This document shows, piece by piece, positions 1 to 10,700 of a DNA stretch of 64,000 nucleotides. How positions within the stretch are numbered: position 1 is the stretch's first letter; the number at the start of each line of letters is the position of its first letter. The position numbers were made by a program, and so were the translations under genes. This DNA is from an uncultured bacterium. Lineage in GTDB: Bacteria > Verrucomicrobiota > Verrucomicrobiia > Limisphaerales > UBA8199. The DNA lies in the NCBI GenBank assembly GCA_963749495.1, contig CAVVMW010000014.1:96001-160000 (forward strand), written 5' to 3'. The notes beneath the pieces were generated by a model. It did not search any database. It worked only from the letters and a program-made list of their open reading frames with translations, and had not been told where the DNA came from.

Positions 1-709
1 CCGCCATTTCCCGTTCGGGCAGTTCTGGGTCCCGGAGGTGCGCGCCCGCTACCTCAAACCGGATTGCCCGGAGGAGTTTCCGAGGTACCTGCGGCTCAAT
101 GCCACGCTGACGGGTCTGGCCATGACGCGGGACTTCAAGTCGTGGATTCGCGCCGGCTGGCTGACCGACCCGCTGCTGGATGATCGGGACGCGATTCTGT
201 TCCCGGAGAAGGTCGGGGGCAAGTTCGTGCTGCTGCACCGGCCGCTGGAATGGGTGGGCCCGGCCTATGGGACCGACCAGGCCTGCGCCTGGATAACGAG
301 CGCGGACGACCTGCTGGGCTTTGCCGCCGCCCCGAGCCGGCTGCTGATCAAGCGGCGCTACGACTGGGAGGCCTTCAAGCTGGGCATCAATACGCCGCCC
401 ATCAAGACCCCGCGCGGCTGGTTCACCCTCTATCATGCCGTCGGCCCGGACAAGTTCTATCGCCTGGGCGCGCTGCTCCTGGATCTGGTGGACCCCGGCA
501 TCGTCCGGCACCGGACGCCCGATTGGCTGCTGCAGCCGGAGGCGGACTACGAACTGGACGGATTCTATCGGGGCTGCTGTTTCCCCTGCGGGGCCGTGGT
601 GATCGCCGGCACGCTCTTCGTCTATTACGGCGGCGCCGACAAATACTGCTGCCTGGCCACTTGCCGCTTCCAGGACTTGCTGGACCACCTGCTCTCATGC
701 CCGGCCTGA
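1..709 (+). CDS. Glycoside hydrolase family 130-like glycosidase/phosphorylase (5' partial)
   Basis: Motifs DRDAILFPEK, LLHRP, PPIKTPRGWFTLYHAV, YRLGALLLDL, FPCGAV and YYGGAD; the frame is open to the window edge. Confidence 0.8.
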   Translation, partial: RHFPFGQFWVPEVRARYLKPDCPEEFPRYLRLNATLTGLAMTRDFKSWIRAGWLTDPLLDDRDAILFPEKVGGKFVLLHRPLEWVGPAYGTDQACAWITSADDLLGFAAAPSRLLIKRRYDWEAFKLGINTPPIKTPRGWFTLYHAVGPDKFYRLGALLLDLVDPGIVRHRTPDWLLQPEADYELDGFYRGCCFPCGAVVIAGTLFVYYGGADKYCCLATCRFQDLLDHLLSCPA

Positions 710-2595
710 TGCACCCCGTCGATCTGACCATCATCGTCCTTTATCTCCTGCTCATGTCGCTGGTCGGCTGGCGGGTGGCCAAGCGGGCGTCGCGCAGCGC
801 CGAGTCCTATTTTCTGGCGGGCAAGAGCCTGCCGTGGTGGATCATCGGCGTGGCGCACGGGTCCAGCGGGGTGGACATCACCGGGACGATGTGGTTCGTG
901 ATGATGTTCTTCATCTACGGTGTCAAAGGGGTTTGGCTGCTCTGGGTGTGGCCGCTCTTCAGCGTGGTCTTCCGGATGATCTACCTGGGCACCTGGGTGA
1001 GGCGCTCGAACGTCCTGACCGGGGCGGAATGGATGCGCACCCGGTTTGGCCACAGCCGCGGGGCGGAACTAGCCTACCTGAGCGTGGTGGCCTATGCCCT
1101 GGTACACGTGGTCGGGTTTCTTTGCTATGCCTTTCGCGGCATCGCGGAGTTCACCAAGCCCTTTTTCCCGTGGGACTTTTCGTATGAGACCTACGGCACG
1201 GCGATGCTATTGGTGACCGGGGTCTATTGCGTGGTGGGCGGGATGTACAGCGTGGTGATGAACGATTTGATCCAGTTTGTCCTCAAGGTCATCGCCGCCG
1301 TCGGCATCGCGGCCATCGCCATCATCACCATACGCCCGGAGCAGATCATGGCCGCCGTGCCGGCGGGCTGGGACCGGCTCTTTTTCGGCTGGAAGCTGGA
1401 CCTGGATTGGTCTCGCCTGATCCCGGCGCTCCAGGAGCGCGTGACCAACCCGGTCAGCCAGGGCGGCAACGGCTATTCGCTCTTCCTGTTTTTCACCGCC
1501 ATGTTGTTCTTCAAGGGCGTCCTGGTGAGCATGGCCGGACCGACGCCCAACTACGCCATCCAGCACGTCCTGTCCACGCGCAGCCCGCGCGAGGCCGCCC
1601 TCGAAAACATGATGATGGCGGTCGTATCGCTGGCCCCGCGCTTCCTGCTCATTGCCGGCATCTCCGTCCTGGGCATTGTCTTTTTCCAGTCCGACCTCGC
1701 GCAACTGGTGGCGGCCAAGGGCAAGAACGCCCGGTTCGAGGAACTCCTGCCCAGGATCTTGAACCGCGACTACATCCCGGTCGGCTTCAAGGGAATCCTC
1801 ATCGCCGCCCTGCTGGCCTCGTTCATGAGCACCTTCGTCTCGACGGTGAACTCGGGCGCGGCTTACGTGGTCAACGACATCTACAAGCGCTACATCAATC
1901 CCAGTGCGCCCCCGCGCCGCTACGTCGTGCTGGCCTGGCTCACCTCCAGCGCCGTCATCCTGCTGGGCATCGGCTTCGGCTTCGTCACCCGCAACGTACA
2001 TTCGGTCACCCGCTGGATCACGGCGGCGCTCATCCCTGCCTTTGTCATTCCAAACGTGCTCAAGTGGCACTGGTGGCGCTTTAACGGCTACGGCTTCTTC
2101 GCCGGGATGGCCGCCGGCACAGCCGGCGCGCTGGTCGTCCCCCGCTTCCTGCCGCACCTCCACGAGGTGTTCACCTTCCTGATCATCCTGGGCCTGAGCA
2201 CCGTGGCCTCGATTCTGGTTTGTCTGCTGACCAAGCCGGAGCCGGACGAGGTCCTCCAAGGCTTCTACCGAACCGTGCGTCCCTGGGGCTGGTGGGAGCC
2301 CGTCCTGGCCAAATGCCGCGGCCGCAACCCCGGCTTCCAGCCCAACCGCCTGTTCCGCCGCGACCTCTTCAACCTCCTGGCCGGTCTGGTCTGGCAGACG
2401 GCCATGGTGGCGGCCCCAATCTACCTGGTCATCCAGCACTGGCGGCAGTTCGCGCTCTCGACCGCCGTTTTTGCCCTGACGTCCCTTATGCTCAAGTTCA
2501 CCTGGTACGACCAGTTGGGCGGCCACGACGGCTACCTGCCCGACGCGGCGCAAGAGAGCGCAGGGCGTGTCGACAATGTGGAGCATGCAGCGTAG
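709..2595 (+). CDS. Sodium:solute symporter family transporter
   Basis: Many TM helices; SYFLAGKSLPWW, EWMRTRFG, AALLASFMST..STVNSGA.Y.VNDIY; ATG at 709 overlaps the upstream TGA. Confidence 0.85.
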   Translation: MHPVDLTIIVLYLLLMSLVGWRVAKRASRSAESYFLAGKSLPWWIIGVAHGSSGVDITGTMWFVMMFFIYGVKGVWLLWVWPLFSVVFRMIYLGTWVRRSNVLTGAEWMRTRFGHSRGAELAYLSVVAYALVHVVGFLCYAFRGIAEFTKPFFPWDFSYETYGTAMLLVTGVYCVVGGMYSVVMNDLIQFVLKVIAAVGIAAIAIITIRPEQIMAAVPAGWDRLFFGWKLDLDWSRLIPALQERVTNPVSQGGNGYSLFLFFTAMLFFKGVLVSMAGPTPNYAIQHVLSTRSPREAALENMMMAVVSLAPRFLLIAGISVLGIVFFQSDLAQLVAAKGKNARFEELLPRILNRDYIPVGFKGILIAALLASFMSTFVSTVNSGAAYVVNDIYKRYINPSAPPRRYVVLAWLTSSAVILLGIGFGFVTRNVHSVTRWITAALIPAFVIPNVLKWHWWRFNGYGFFAGMAAGTAGALVVPRFLPHLHEVFTFLIILGLSTVASILVCLLTKPEPDEVLQGFYRTVRPWGWWEPVLAKCRGRNPGFQPNRLFRRDLFNLLAGLVWQTAMVAAPIYLVIQHWRQFALSTAVFALTSLMLKFTWYDQLGGHDGYLPDAAQESAGRVDNVEHAA

Positions 2596-2693
2596 GGGAT
2601 CGAGGGGCGAGGAACAGGGGGCGAATGTCGAGGGAACCTGGCTCGGCTATCGTGGGACATCCCTAACGGGATTTCCCGCGGAACAACTTATCC

Positions 2694-2722
2694 TTGACAA
2701 CTCCGCCCCGATTTCCTATAAA
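2694..2722 (+). promoter_or_regulatory. sigma70-like promoter TTGACA-N17-TATAAA
   Basis: Near-consensus -35/-10 with a 17-bp spacer, about 200 nt upstream of ATG 2929. Confidence 0.6.
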
Positions 2723-2928
2723 GGCCGCACGCTAACCTCGCTGGTCTGAGAGGGCGGGGCGAGCGGGTACTGAAGGTATATGGGGCGAGCTATTCCGAAG
2801 GTCGGCGCGACAGGTCAGGAAACTGATCAACGAGAGGGGCGTTCTGTCCATCAATTTCCAACTCGCCCGGTTAGGGCCTCCGGCATCGCGGCTCGTCTCA
2901 GCCTCCCAATCTTCTAAAACTAAACCAA

Positions 2929-5663
2929 ATGAGACCTAACTTTCCGTTAGCGCTGCTGTCCCTTTCACTCTGCGCCGCCCAGGCGCAGATTACTCCAACC
3001 GATCCAGGCTCCCAGCCTGGCGCACCGTCCGCGGGGGGGGGGGTACAATCCCTGATCCCCTGACGTGGCCCGTCACCGCAAGGGACGACTGCTCCACGAC
3101 GCATGAGGGCACCGTGCAGGTGATGGACGCGGTCACCGGCCTGGTCACATCCCAAACCCACCGTGTCATCGAGATAGCCACAGGTCTGAACTACCTCGAC
3201 CCCTCCGGCATGTGGACAGAATCGCAGGATTTGATCGAACCTCTTCCCGGCGGCGGCGCCGCCGGCCTCCACGCGCCGTACCGCGCCTACTTCTCCCGGG
3301 CCGGACTAAATGATGACGCGGCCCTCACCATTGTCAGCAAGAGCAACCAGGTTTACCAGGCCCGGGTGCTCGGCATCTACTACTTTGACGCCCAAACAGG
3401 CCGGAGCAACCTGCTGGCCACGCCATCGGCCGCCGCGGTGGCGGAAATCCTCCCACCCAACCAGATTGTTTACAGGGGGGCTTTCGACTCGGACATTCTC
3501 AAAGCCGACCTCCGCTACACTTACACGAAGGCCGCCCTGGAGAGCGACGTCATCATCACGCGCCAGCCGAAGCTGTCTCCCGCAGACTGCGGGTTGAATC
3601 CGGACACGACGCGAATCCAGGTGCGCCATCAATGGCTCGGCGCCCCACAGCCAAGAATCCAGCAGGGAATAATCGGGCAGAGCACGGGTCCGGGCCTTGT
3701 CGACCAGCCGTTGGATTTCGGCGACCTTTGGTTCCCCGCCGGGCATGCGTTCGCCTGGGACGGTGACATCGGCAGGGGCACAAACGCCGCAACAATTTCA
3801 CTGCCCGTGGCGGCGGACGCTGCGCAGGCGCCGGTCGGGAAGGAGTGGCAGACCGCGGGCGGCATCGGGACCCTCATCGAGTCCGTTAGCTGGAGTAGTA
3901 TAGCCCCGAAGCTGGCCCAATTGCCGGCGTTTGCCAAGGTCGCCAGCGGTTCAAACGAAACCATGCTGGCGGCTGCCGGGCGGCCGGAGGCCGCGCCGAA
4001 GGTGCATGTCGCGGCAAGGCGCACGATAGAAGTCGCCGCCAGGCCCTATGAAAAGCCTGGAGTGGTCCTGGACTACATAGTCGTCTCTGGCAATGGAAGC
4101 TATGACTTCGCCGGGTTCAACGGTACAAACACCTACCTGCTGTCAGGCAACGGTTACTTTTCCGGGACTCTGACGTTTGAGGCCGGCTGTGTGGTAAAGT
4201 ACGCGCAGGGCTATTGGTTACTGACGTATGGCGGGGTGGTGTGCAATGGCTCGCAGGCCTCACCCTCCGTATTGACTTGCTATGGCGACTTTTTGTACGG
4301 GGAACATATTGCCGGTGGTTTTCTCGGCGCAAGTGCCAAGCCCGCCCTATGGCTGTACTATATCGCCGCCCCCCAGACAATCCAGTGGATGATAGTGCGC
4401 AATGCCCAGCAGGCTTTTGAAGCGGACGCCAATGGTTGCGGCGCCGTGACACACACGGTGGCAAATTGTTCCGTCTTCCAGGGCCAGATCGGGATTGGGG
4501 TGTACAACTGCAACGTATCGGTCCAGAACTCGACCTATTGCTATCTTACCACACCGACCACGACGGGATCGTCGGCCCAGGGTTGCGCAAGCATCACCGG
4601 GAGCTTCACCGCGGCCAACGCGCCCTACCTCACGACCTCCCCTTCCAGCCAGTGCCAGTTTGTACTGCCGACGTACAACAGCGTTACGTTCACCGCCGCG
4701 GCTGTTCCCTCCTCCTGCACCTACATCTGGACCGACTCTGGCTACAACATCGTTGGAAGGAACCAATCCTTGACGTTGACCCCGGCTCAGCTCGGGACAA
4801 GTTACGGGGGACAAAAGCTCTGGGTTTTCGCCCTCGACAGCTATGGCAGATCAACTTATGGCGGCGGGTGGGTCGGCATCGTCAATAGTTCCGCCATGTC
4901 CGTGGCCCAGCACTGGACCACTTACACAAATAACAAGACCTGCAATCTGTGGTCCTGCAGGCCGAATACCGACCCTCCTACCGGCCTGGCGTGGGACACC
5001 TCCTGCCTACTCTACGGCAAGACCGGCTTCACGGCCATATCCCAGTGCAACGACTGGGACCTGCCGTACCGCGGCACGTGCCCCGTCACCGCACTTACGC
5101 CCCGGCACGGCTATATGCGCGGCCATGGAACTTATGGTTCCGACAACCCCTTCGCGGGCTTGAACACCAATTTCAACGGGCAACACGTCTATTTCTGCAC
5201 GGGTGACGGCAACAACACGCTTGTGACAGCCACCGTAGCGATGGGCTGGACGCGGTGCGAAACCAATAATTGTGACCACACGATTCTGGTTTTCACGGCG
5301 GACCTGCCGGCAACCATTCAGCCGATGGAAGTCAGTGCCAATTCGCAGACCTATTGGCCGGCGACCTGCTCCGTCATTTTCGAGACTACCCAATCCGGCC
5401 ACATGAGCGCGAACAACCCACCTTTTAGTTACGGTGTTGGCGCAGACCATGACGCCTTCCCTCCCTTCAACATATACGAGACTTGGGTAGGAGGTGACTG
5501 CGGCTCCCCCATTATTCTGCCAGCAACGGATGACGTGCTTGTGTTCATCATGGGAATAGGCGGGACCTCAGGCCCGAATAGTTACATGCAGACCGACATG
5601 AACACGCTGAGCCAATACGTGGGGTGCACTCAATACCAGATGCGGCAGCACTCGGTGCAGTAA
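2929..5663 (+). CDS. Large secreted multidomain protein with C-terminal trypsin-like domain; frameshift in G11 run at 3033-3043
   Basis: Signal peptide MRPNFPLALLSLSLCAAQA from ATG 2929; a G12 or G9 run would join it to ORF 3114-5663; C-terminal TALTPRHGYMRGH, DHTILVF and GGDCGSP motifs. Confidence 0.65.
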
Positions 5664-5727
5664 GGACCGCGCGGCCCCCTTTGAAATGGAAGCACAATGC
5701 GAACGACATAGGAGATGGCTCCGTACT

Positions 5728-6573
5728 ATGAAGACAAAAAGAAAAACCACAGGAATGCCAAGCCCGGCCAGGGGGCTTCCTGGCAGGACTGACCCGTCCG
5801 GGACATTCCTTGGGCACGCGGGTGCTGGCGGCCTTTGCGCCGCGCGTGCGGCGACACGCCCAAGCAGACGAGGCATCGTGATCCTGGCAACGGGTGCCCT
5901 GCTGGCCTTCGGGCCGGCTTCGGGGGTTCTCGCCCAAGGCTCGATCAATCTCGACAATAGCCAATCCACAGGAAGGCTATCGATAGACGCGCCTGGGAAC
6001 TACTACGGGGGCGTCTATGGCGTTGAGGTCTGGGAGATGAGCGGCGCTCGCCTCGTTCCGCCCGGGATAAATGGAGTTTATCCGATCCAAGCCTACAACG
6101 ATATGGTAAGCGCCGGGTTTAAGCGCGTGGCGATTTTCTCGGATCAAAACAACAGCTCGACCCCCGGCATCATTCGGCTTGGGGAGCTTGACATCCCGGA
6201 CGTGGTCCCGAAGGGGGCCACCGTGGTCATCGCCCTTGCCATGTGGAATGACGCCGAACCGACATGGGAAGACGCGGGTTGGTTTGGAGTGAATCTTCGG
6301 TTGGGCGTGCTCGCGTTTGTCAACGCGACGGCGGATTACACGGCGATTCGCGCGCCCGCTCCTCCTGCGCTGAGCGGGTGGACCAGCGATCTCATCATGT
6401 CCATTCCTGAGCCGTCCACCGTCGCTCTTGCAGGTGTGGGCGCGGCGGCGTGGCTGATGTTGCGCCGGAGCGCGCGCAGGACGCCTCTCAGCCGGACCAA
6501 CGGCCGAGGAACCGCCGCAGGGCGGACCGGCAATCCGCCCAATCCATCCCGCCCGACGCCTGGGGAGGGATGA
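5728..6573 (+). CDS. PEP-CTERM sorting-domain protein
   Basis: IPEPSTVALAGVGAAAWLMLRR motif near the C-terminus and an N-terminal hydrophobic signal; start uncertain. Confidence 0.8.
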   Translation: MKTKRKTTGMPSPARGLPGRTDPSGTFLGHAGAGGLCAARAATRPSRRGIVILATGALLAFGPASGVLAQGSINLDNSQSTGRLSIDAPGNYYGGVYGVEVWEMSGARLVPPGINGVYPIQAYNDMVSAGFKRVAIFSDQNNSSTPGIIRLGELDIPDVVPKGATVVIALAMWNDAEPTWEDAGWFGVNLRLGVLAFVNATADYTAIRAPAPPALSGWTSDLIMSIPEPSTVALAGVGAAAWLMLRRSARRTPLSRTNGRGTAAGRTGNPPNPSRPTPGEG

Positions 6574-6659
6574 AAGAGGCGTAGCCCGGGGGTCCAAGCG
6601 CAGCGAGACCCTCGGTCTAAATCGAAACCGTCAACATTGGCACACTCCTGCGGGTCTCT

Positions 6660-6782
6660 GGCCTTTGTCGCGGCCCTTGTCGAACGGGGATTGTCTCGAC
6701 AAAGGAGGCGACAAAGCTTGCGACAAAGGCTGTGACAGGGACGGAGCGGGCCTTTTCCGTGTATTCCGTGTATTCCGTGGTT
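6660..6782. repeat. Short tandem repeats (CGACAAAG 12-mer-like units, TTCCGTGTA 9-mers)
   Basis: Seen directly; the 9-mer family recurs near 16782-16845, 35662-35735, 48830-48856, 51100-51145 and 54762-54815. Confidence 0.7.
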
Positions 6783-6812
6783 GTCAAAAAGGCTTTTTGC
6801 GAGGATTTGGGG

Positions 6813-6949
6813 GCCGCGATGTTCCCTTGACAGGCGCAAGTTATCTTGACATAGTGCCTGGGTATGCGCCGCAGAAGAGCCTCGTTGAGCGTACCGCTCA
6901 AGAACCCCGACCGAACTGACGCCCACACTGGGCGAACCGATGGTAACGC
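6813..6949 (+). repeat. Direct repeat copy A: duplicated promoter and 5' end of the gene at 7615
   Basis: Matches 7564-7700 at offset 751, with 10 mismatches over 6827-6949 by hand count. Confidence 0.9.
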
Positions 6950-6965
6950 CCTGGCTCCGAAGGGA

Positions 6966-6994
6966 TTGACGGCTCCAATTGCGTTCAGTAAACT
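6966..6994 (+). promoter_or_regulatory. Promoter TTGACG-N17-TAAACT for a probably leaderless hicB transcript
   Basis: The -10 element ends 6 nt before GTG 7001; no Shine-Dalgarno. Confidence 0.55.
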
Positions 6995-7000
6995 ATAGGC

Positions 7001-7216
7001 GTGAACTATACCGTGATCCTTGAGAAGGAAGCTGTCGGCGGCTACCATGCCTTCTGTCCGGCCCTGAAAGGGTGCCACAGCGAAGGGGAAACGGAGGCTG
7101 AAGCGCTGCAAAGCATTCAGGAGGCAATCGAGGTTTATCTCGAAAGCCTCCTTGCTCACCACGAGCCGATCCCTCAGGACAATATCGTTGTTCGCTCCGT
7201 CCCAGTGGCGGTATGA
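7001..7216 (+). CDS. hicB: HicB family antitoxin (short form)
   Basis: YTVILEKE..GGYHAFCPALKGCHSEGETEAEALQSIQEAIEVYLE. Confidence 0.9.
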   Translation: MNYTVILEKEAVGGYHAFCPALKGCHSEGETEAEALQSIQEAIEVYLESLLAHHEPIPQDNIVVRSVPVAV

Positions 7217-7437
7217 GCAAACTGCCGTCACTCACGCCAAGAGAATTGGCGCGCGTTGCTCAGAAGTTAGGCTTTGTGTTCGACCGCCAGAAAGGCAGTC
7301 ACGCAGTTTACCTGCGCGGCAGCGACAGGCGGCGTGTAGTCATCCCCATGTACCATAGGGATCTGAAGCCAGGCACGCTGCACGGTCTGGTTAAAGATCT
7401 GGGAATCTCAGTTGAGCAGTTCATTGAGCTGCTCTGA
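7213..7437 (+). CDS. hicA: HicA family mRNA interferase toxin
   Basis: LGFVFDRQKGSHAVY...VVIPMYHRDLKPGTLHGLVKDLGIS; ATGA overlap with hicB. Confidence 0.9.
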   Translation: MSKLPSLTPRELARVAQKLGFVFDRQKGSHAVYLRGSDRRRVVIPMYHRDLKPGTLHGLVKDLGISVEQFIELL

Positions 7438-7563
7438 CCCACCGCCCGGACCTCCACGCCCTCCGCTGCAATCCGCCCCAAAAGCACCGGCCGCCAGCCC
7501 AACAATTCGCTGCTCGGAGAGCTCCCGGCGCCCACCCAACCCGGGCTACGGGGCGCCGGGGGC

Positions 7564-7700
7564 GCCGCGTTCTTCCATTGACAGGTGCAAGTTATCTTGA
7601 CATAGTACCTGTGTATGCGCCGCAGAAGAGCCTCGTTGAGCGTGCCGCTCAAGAACCCCAACCGAACTGACGCCCGCACCGGGCGAGCCGCTGCTAACGC
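7564..7700 (+). repeat. Direct repeat copy B, containing TTGACA-N17-CATAGT and ATG 7615
   Basis: Matches 6813-6949. Confidence 0.9.
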
Positions 7701-10700
7701 AGGGCGCATCCTCGGCCTGACGTGGGTGCCGGTCCTGGCGTGCCTGCTGGCGCCGGGCGCATCGCTCCTGGGCGCAGTGCCGCCGGGATGGACCGATGCC
7801 GATATTAATTCCCCCGGCATGTACGGCGCCGCTTCGTTCACCAACGGCCTTTGGACCCTCTCCGGCGGCGGGGCCGACATCTGCACGTTCGACCAGATGC
7901 ACTTTGCCTTCAAATCGGAGACCGGTGACAGCCGGTTGCTGGCGCGGGTCGAGAGCGTGCAGAATGTCCCGGGCGCCCAGGCGGGGATCATGTACCGCAA
8001 TGATTTGAGCGCCTGGGGCCTGGAGGTGTCTGTGCTGGCGACGGCCGGGAGCGGTGTCTCTTTTCAATGGCGCAACACCGTTGGCGTGAGCTGCACTTAC
8101 CAGGTGGTCGCTGGCGCGGCCAACCTGGGAGTGCCTGTCTGGCTGAGCCTGGTCCGGTCCGGCAACAACTTCAGCGCCTACTGGAGCACCAACAACAGCG
8201 ATTGGAACCAGGCCGGCTCGACCCAAACAGTGCCCCTGAACCCGACGGCACTGGCGGGCCTGGTCGTCAGCGCCAACAACAATGCCACGCTGGCCACCGC
8301 CACGTTCAGCGGCGTGGACCTGCCTTCTCCGGTTTTTGGGGTCTATCGCCAACTCTGGACGGGCCTGAACCTTGCCGCGGGCAACACTCTGGCCGCCCTG
8401 ACCAACACCACGTTCAACCCGAATTGGCCCGCCAGCCCCGACCCGGATTTCACCGCCTTCTACAGCAAGCTCGAGACCGAGACCAATACCGGCATGACGG
8501 CCTACGGACAGCGCCTTCGGGCCTTCGTCGTGCCGCCGCTCACCGGCTCCTACACCTTCTGGATAGCCAGCGCTGACTCCTCCCAATTGCTGCTCAGCCC
8601 GGACGAGACAGCGTCGGACGCTGTGCCGGTTGCCTGGGTCAACGGTTCCACAAACCCCCGGGAGTGGACGCGCGAGACGAACCAGCAATCGGCAGCTATC
8701 TCCTTGAAGGCGGGCTGTCGCTACTACCTCGAGGCCCTCATGCAGTACGGCACGACGGGCACTGACAACCTGGCCGTTCGCTGGAGCCTGCCCAATGGCG
8801 TCTATGAAGAGCCGATCCCCGCCTCCAGCACCAATGGAACGTACCTGGTGCCCTGCTCGGGCCTCGACAGCCCGCCGGGCATCTGCCAGCAGCCCACCAA
8901 CATCACCGTCCCTGACAGTTACCCGGCGCGCTTTGTCGTCCTGGTGACCAACCAGGCGCCCGTGGCCTACCAATGGCAGGTCAATGGGACCAACTTGAGC
9001 GGCCCTGACGCGGCCACCGCCGCCTATTGCCTCACCAATGCGAATGCCCTGACAGACACCAACCAGTCTTACAGTTGCATCGTGTCCAACTCGGCCGGGG
9101 TCGTCACCAGCGCGTTGGCACAACTGACGGTGCTGGCGAATACCAATCCCCCCAGCGTCGTGCGGACGCTCTATCTCAACTCGACCAACATCCAGATCCT
9201 GTTCTCCGAGCCGCTCGACCCGGCCAGCGCGACCAACCCCGCCAACTACGCGTTCACCAACGGCCTGCCCGTCACCGGCGCGCAATTGGGCGCCGACCTG
9301 GAGACGGTCACGCTCATCACTGCCCCGCTGGTCTTCGCGAGCAACTACGTCATCGTCCTCAACTGCATCGTGGACCGGTCCAACGAGCGCAATCCGATCG
9401 CTCCCAATACGACGCTGAACCTGGTGGCCGCGCCCTACTTCGTTCAGGGGGTGGGCAACCCGACGCCCCCGGGAACCCTCGCTGGCAACGGCGGCGGATT
9501 TGACGTCGGCGGCGGGGGCAGAGACATCGGTGGGACCAGCGACCAGTTCCAGTTTGTCTATGAGACGATCGAGGGCGACTTCGACTTCCAGGTGCGGCTG
9601 GGGTCGCTGAGCCCGACCGACACTTTCGCCAAGGCGGGCCTGGTGGCGCGGGAAGACCTCTCGCCGGGCGGCCGCTTTGCCGCAGTCCTGGCCACGCCCG
9701 CCATCAACGGCTGCTTCATGCGATTCCGGGCGGCAGCCGGGGGCACGGCCCAATCGAGCGGCAACTTGGCGGTCAATTACCCCCAAACCTGGCTGCGCCT
9801 GAAACGGCTGGGCAACCAGTTCACCGCCTTCGCCGGCTTCGACGGCCAGACCTGGCAACAGTTGGGCACAGCGACGATGGCCCTGAGCAATTCCCTTTAT
9901 TTCGGCATGGCAGTCTGCAGCTACAAGTCCGGGCTGGCGGCGGTCGCGCAGTTCCGCGGTCTGGCGCCGACGACCAACGGGGCAGTGGCCGCGCTGTCCA
10001 TCCCCCACGAGCCGCTGGGGCCGTGCAGCCGCAGGACACCCTTGGTGATTTCGGAAATCATGTATGAGCCGGCCGTGCGCGCCGACTTGAACAACGTCGA
10101 GTTCCTTGAAGTCTATAACACCAATCCCTGGTTCCAGGACCTCAGCGGCTATCAACTAGTGGGCAACGCCATAAGCTACACCTTTCCGCAGGGGACGGTC
10201 CTGCCCGGGGGCGCTTTCCTGGTCGTGGCGGCCTCGCCCCAGGCCATCCAGGCCGTCTATGGCATCACCAACGTGGTGGGACCTTATATCGGGTCGCTCA
10301 GGAAGGCCGACACCATCCAGTTGCTGGATACCCTGGGCGGGGTGTTGCTGAGCGTGCCTTACTCGAGCGTTTATCCCTGGCCGGTGGGGGCCGATGGCAC
10401 CGGCCACTCGATTGTGCTGGCCAACCCAACCTACGGTGAGGCCGACCCGCGGGCCTGGGACCTGAGCGACGTGGTGGGCGGCTCGCCCGGGCAAATGGGG
10501 GCCTACGTGCCCAGCCCGTTGCGCACGGTCGTGATCAACGAGTTGCTGGTTCACTCCGAAAACCCCGCGCTGCCGTGCTTCGTCGAACTCTACAACCATA
10601 GCAACCAGGCCAACGACCTGTCCGGGTGCATCCTCACCGACAACTTTGCCACCAATAAGTTCGTCATCCCCTCCGGCACGCTTATTGGGCCCGGGGGCTA

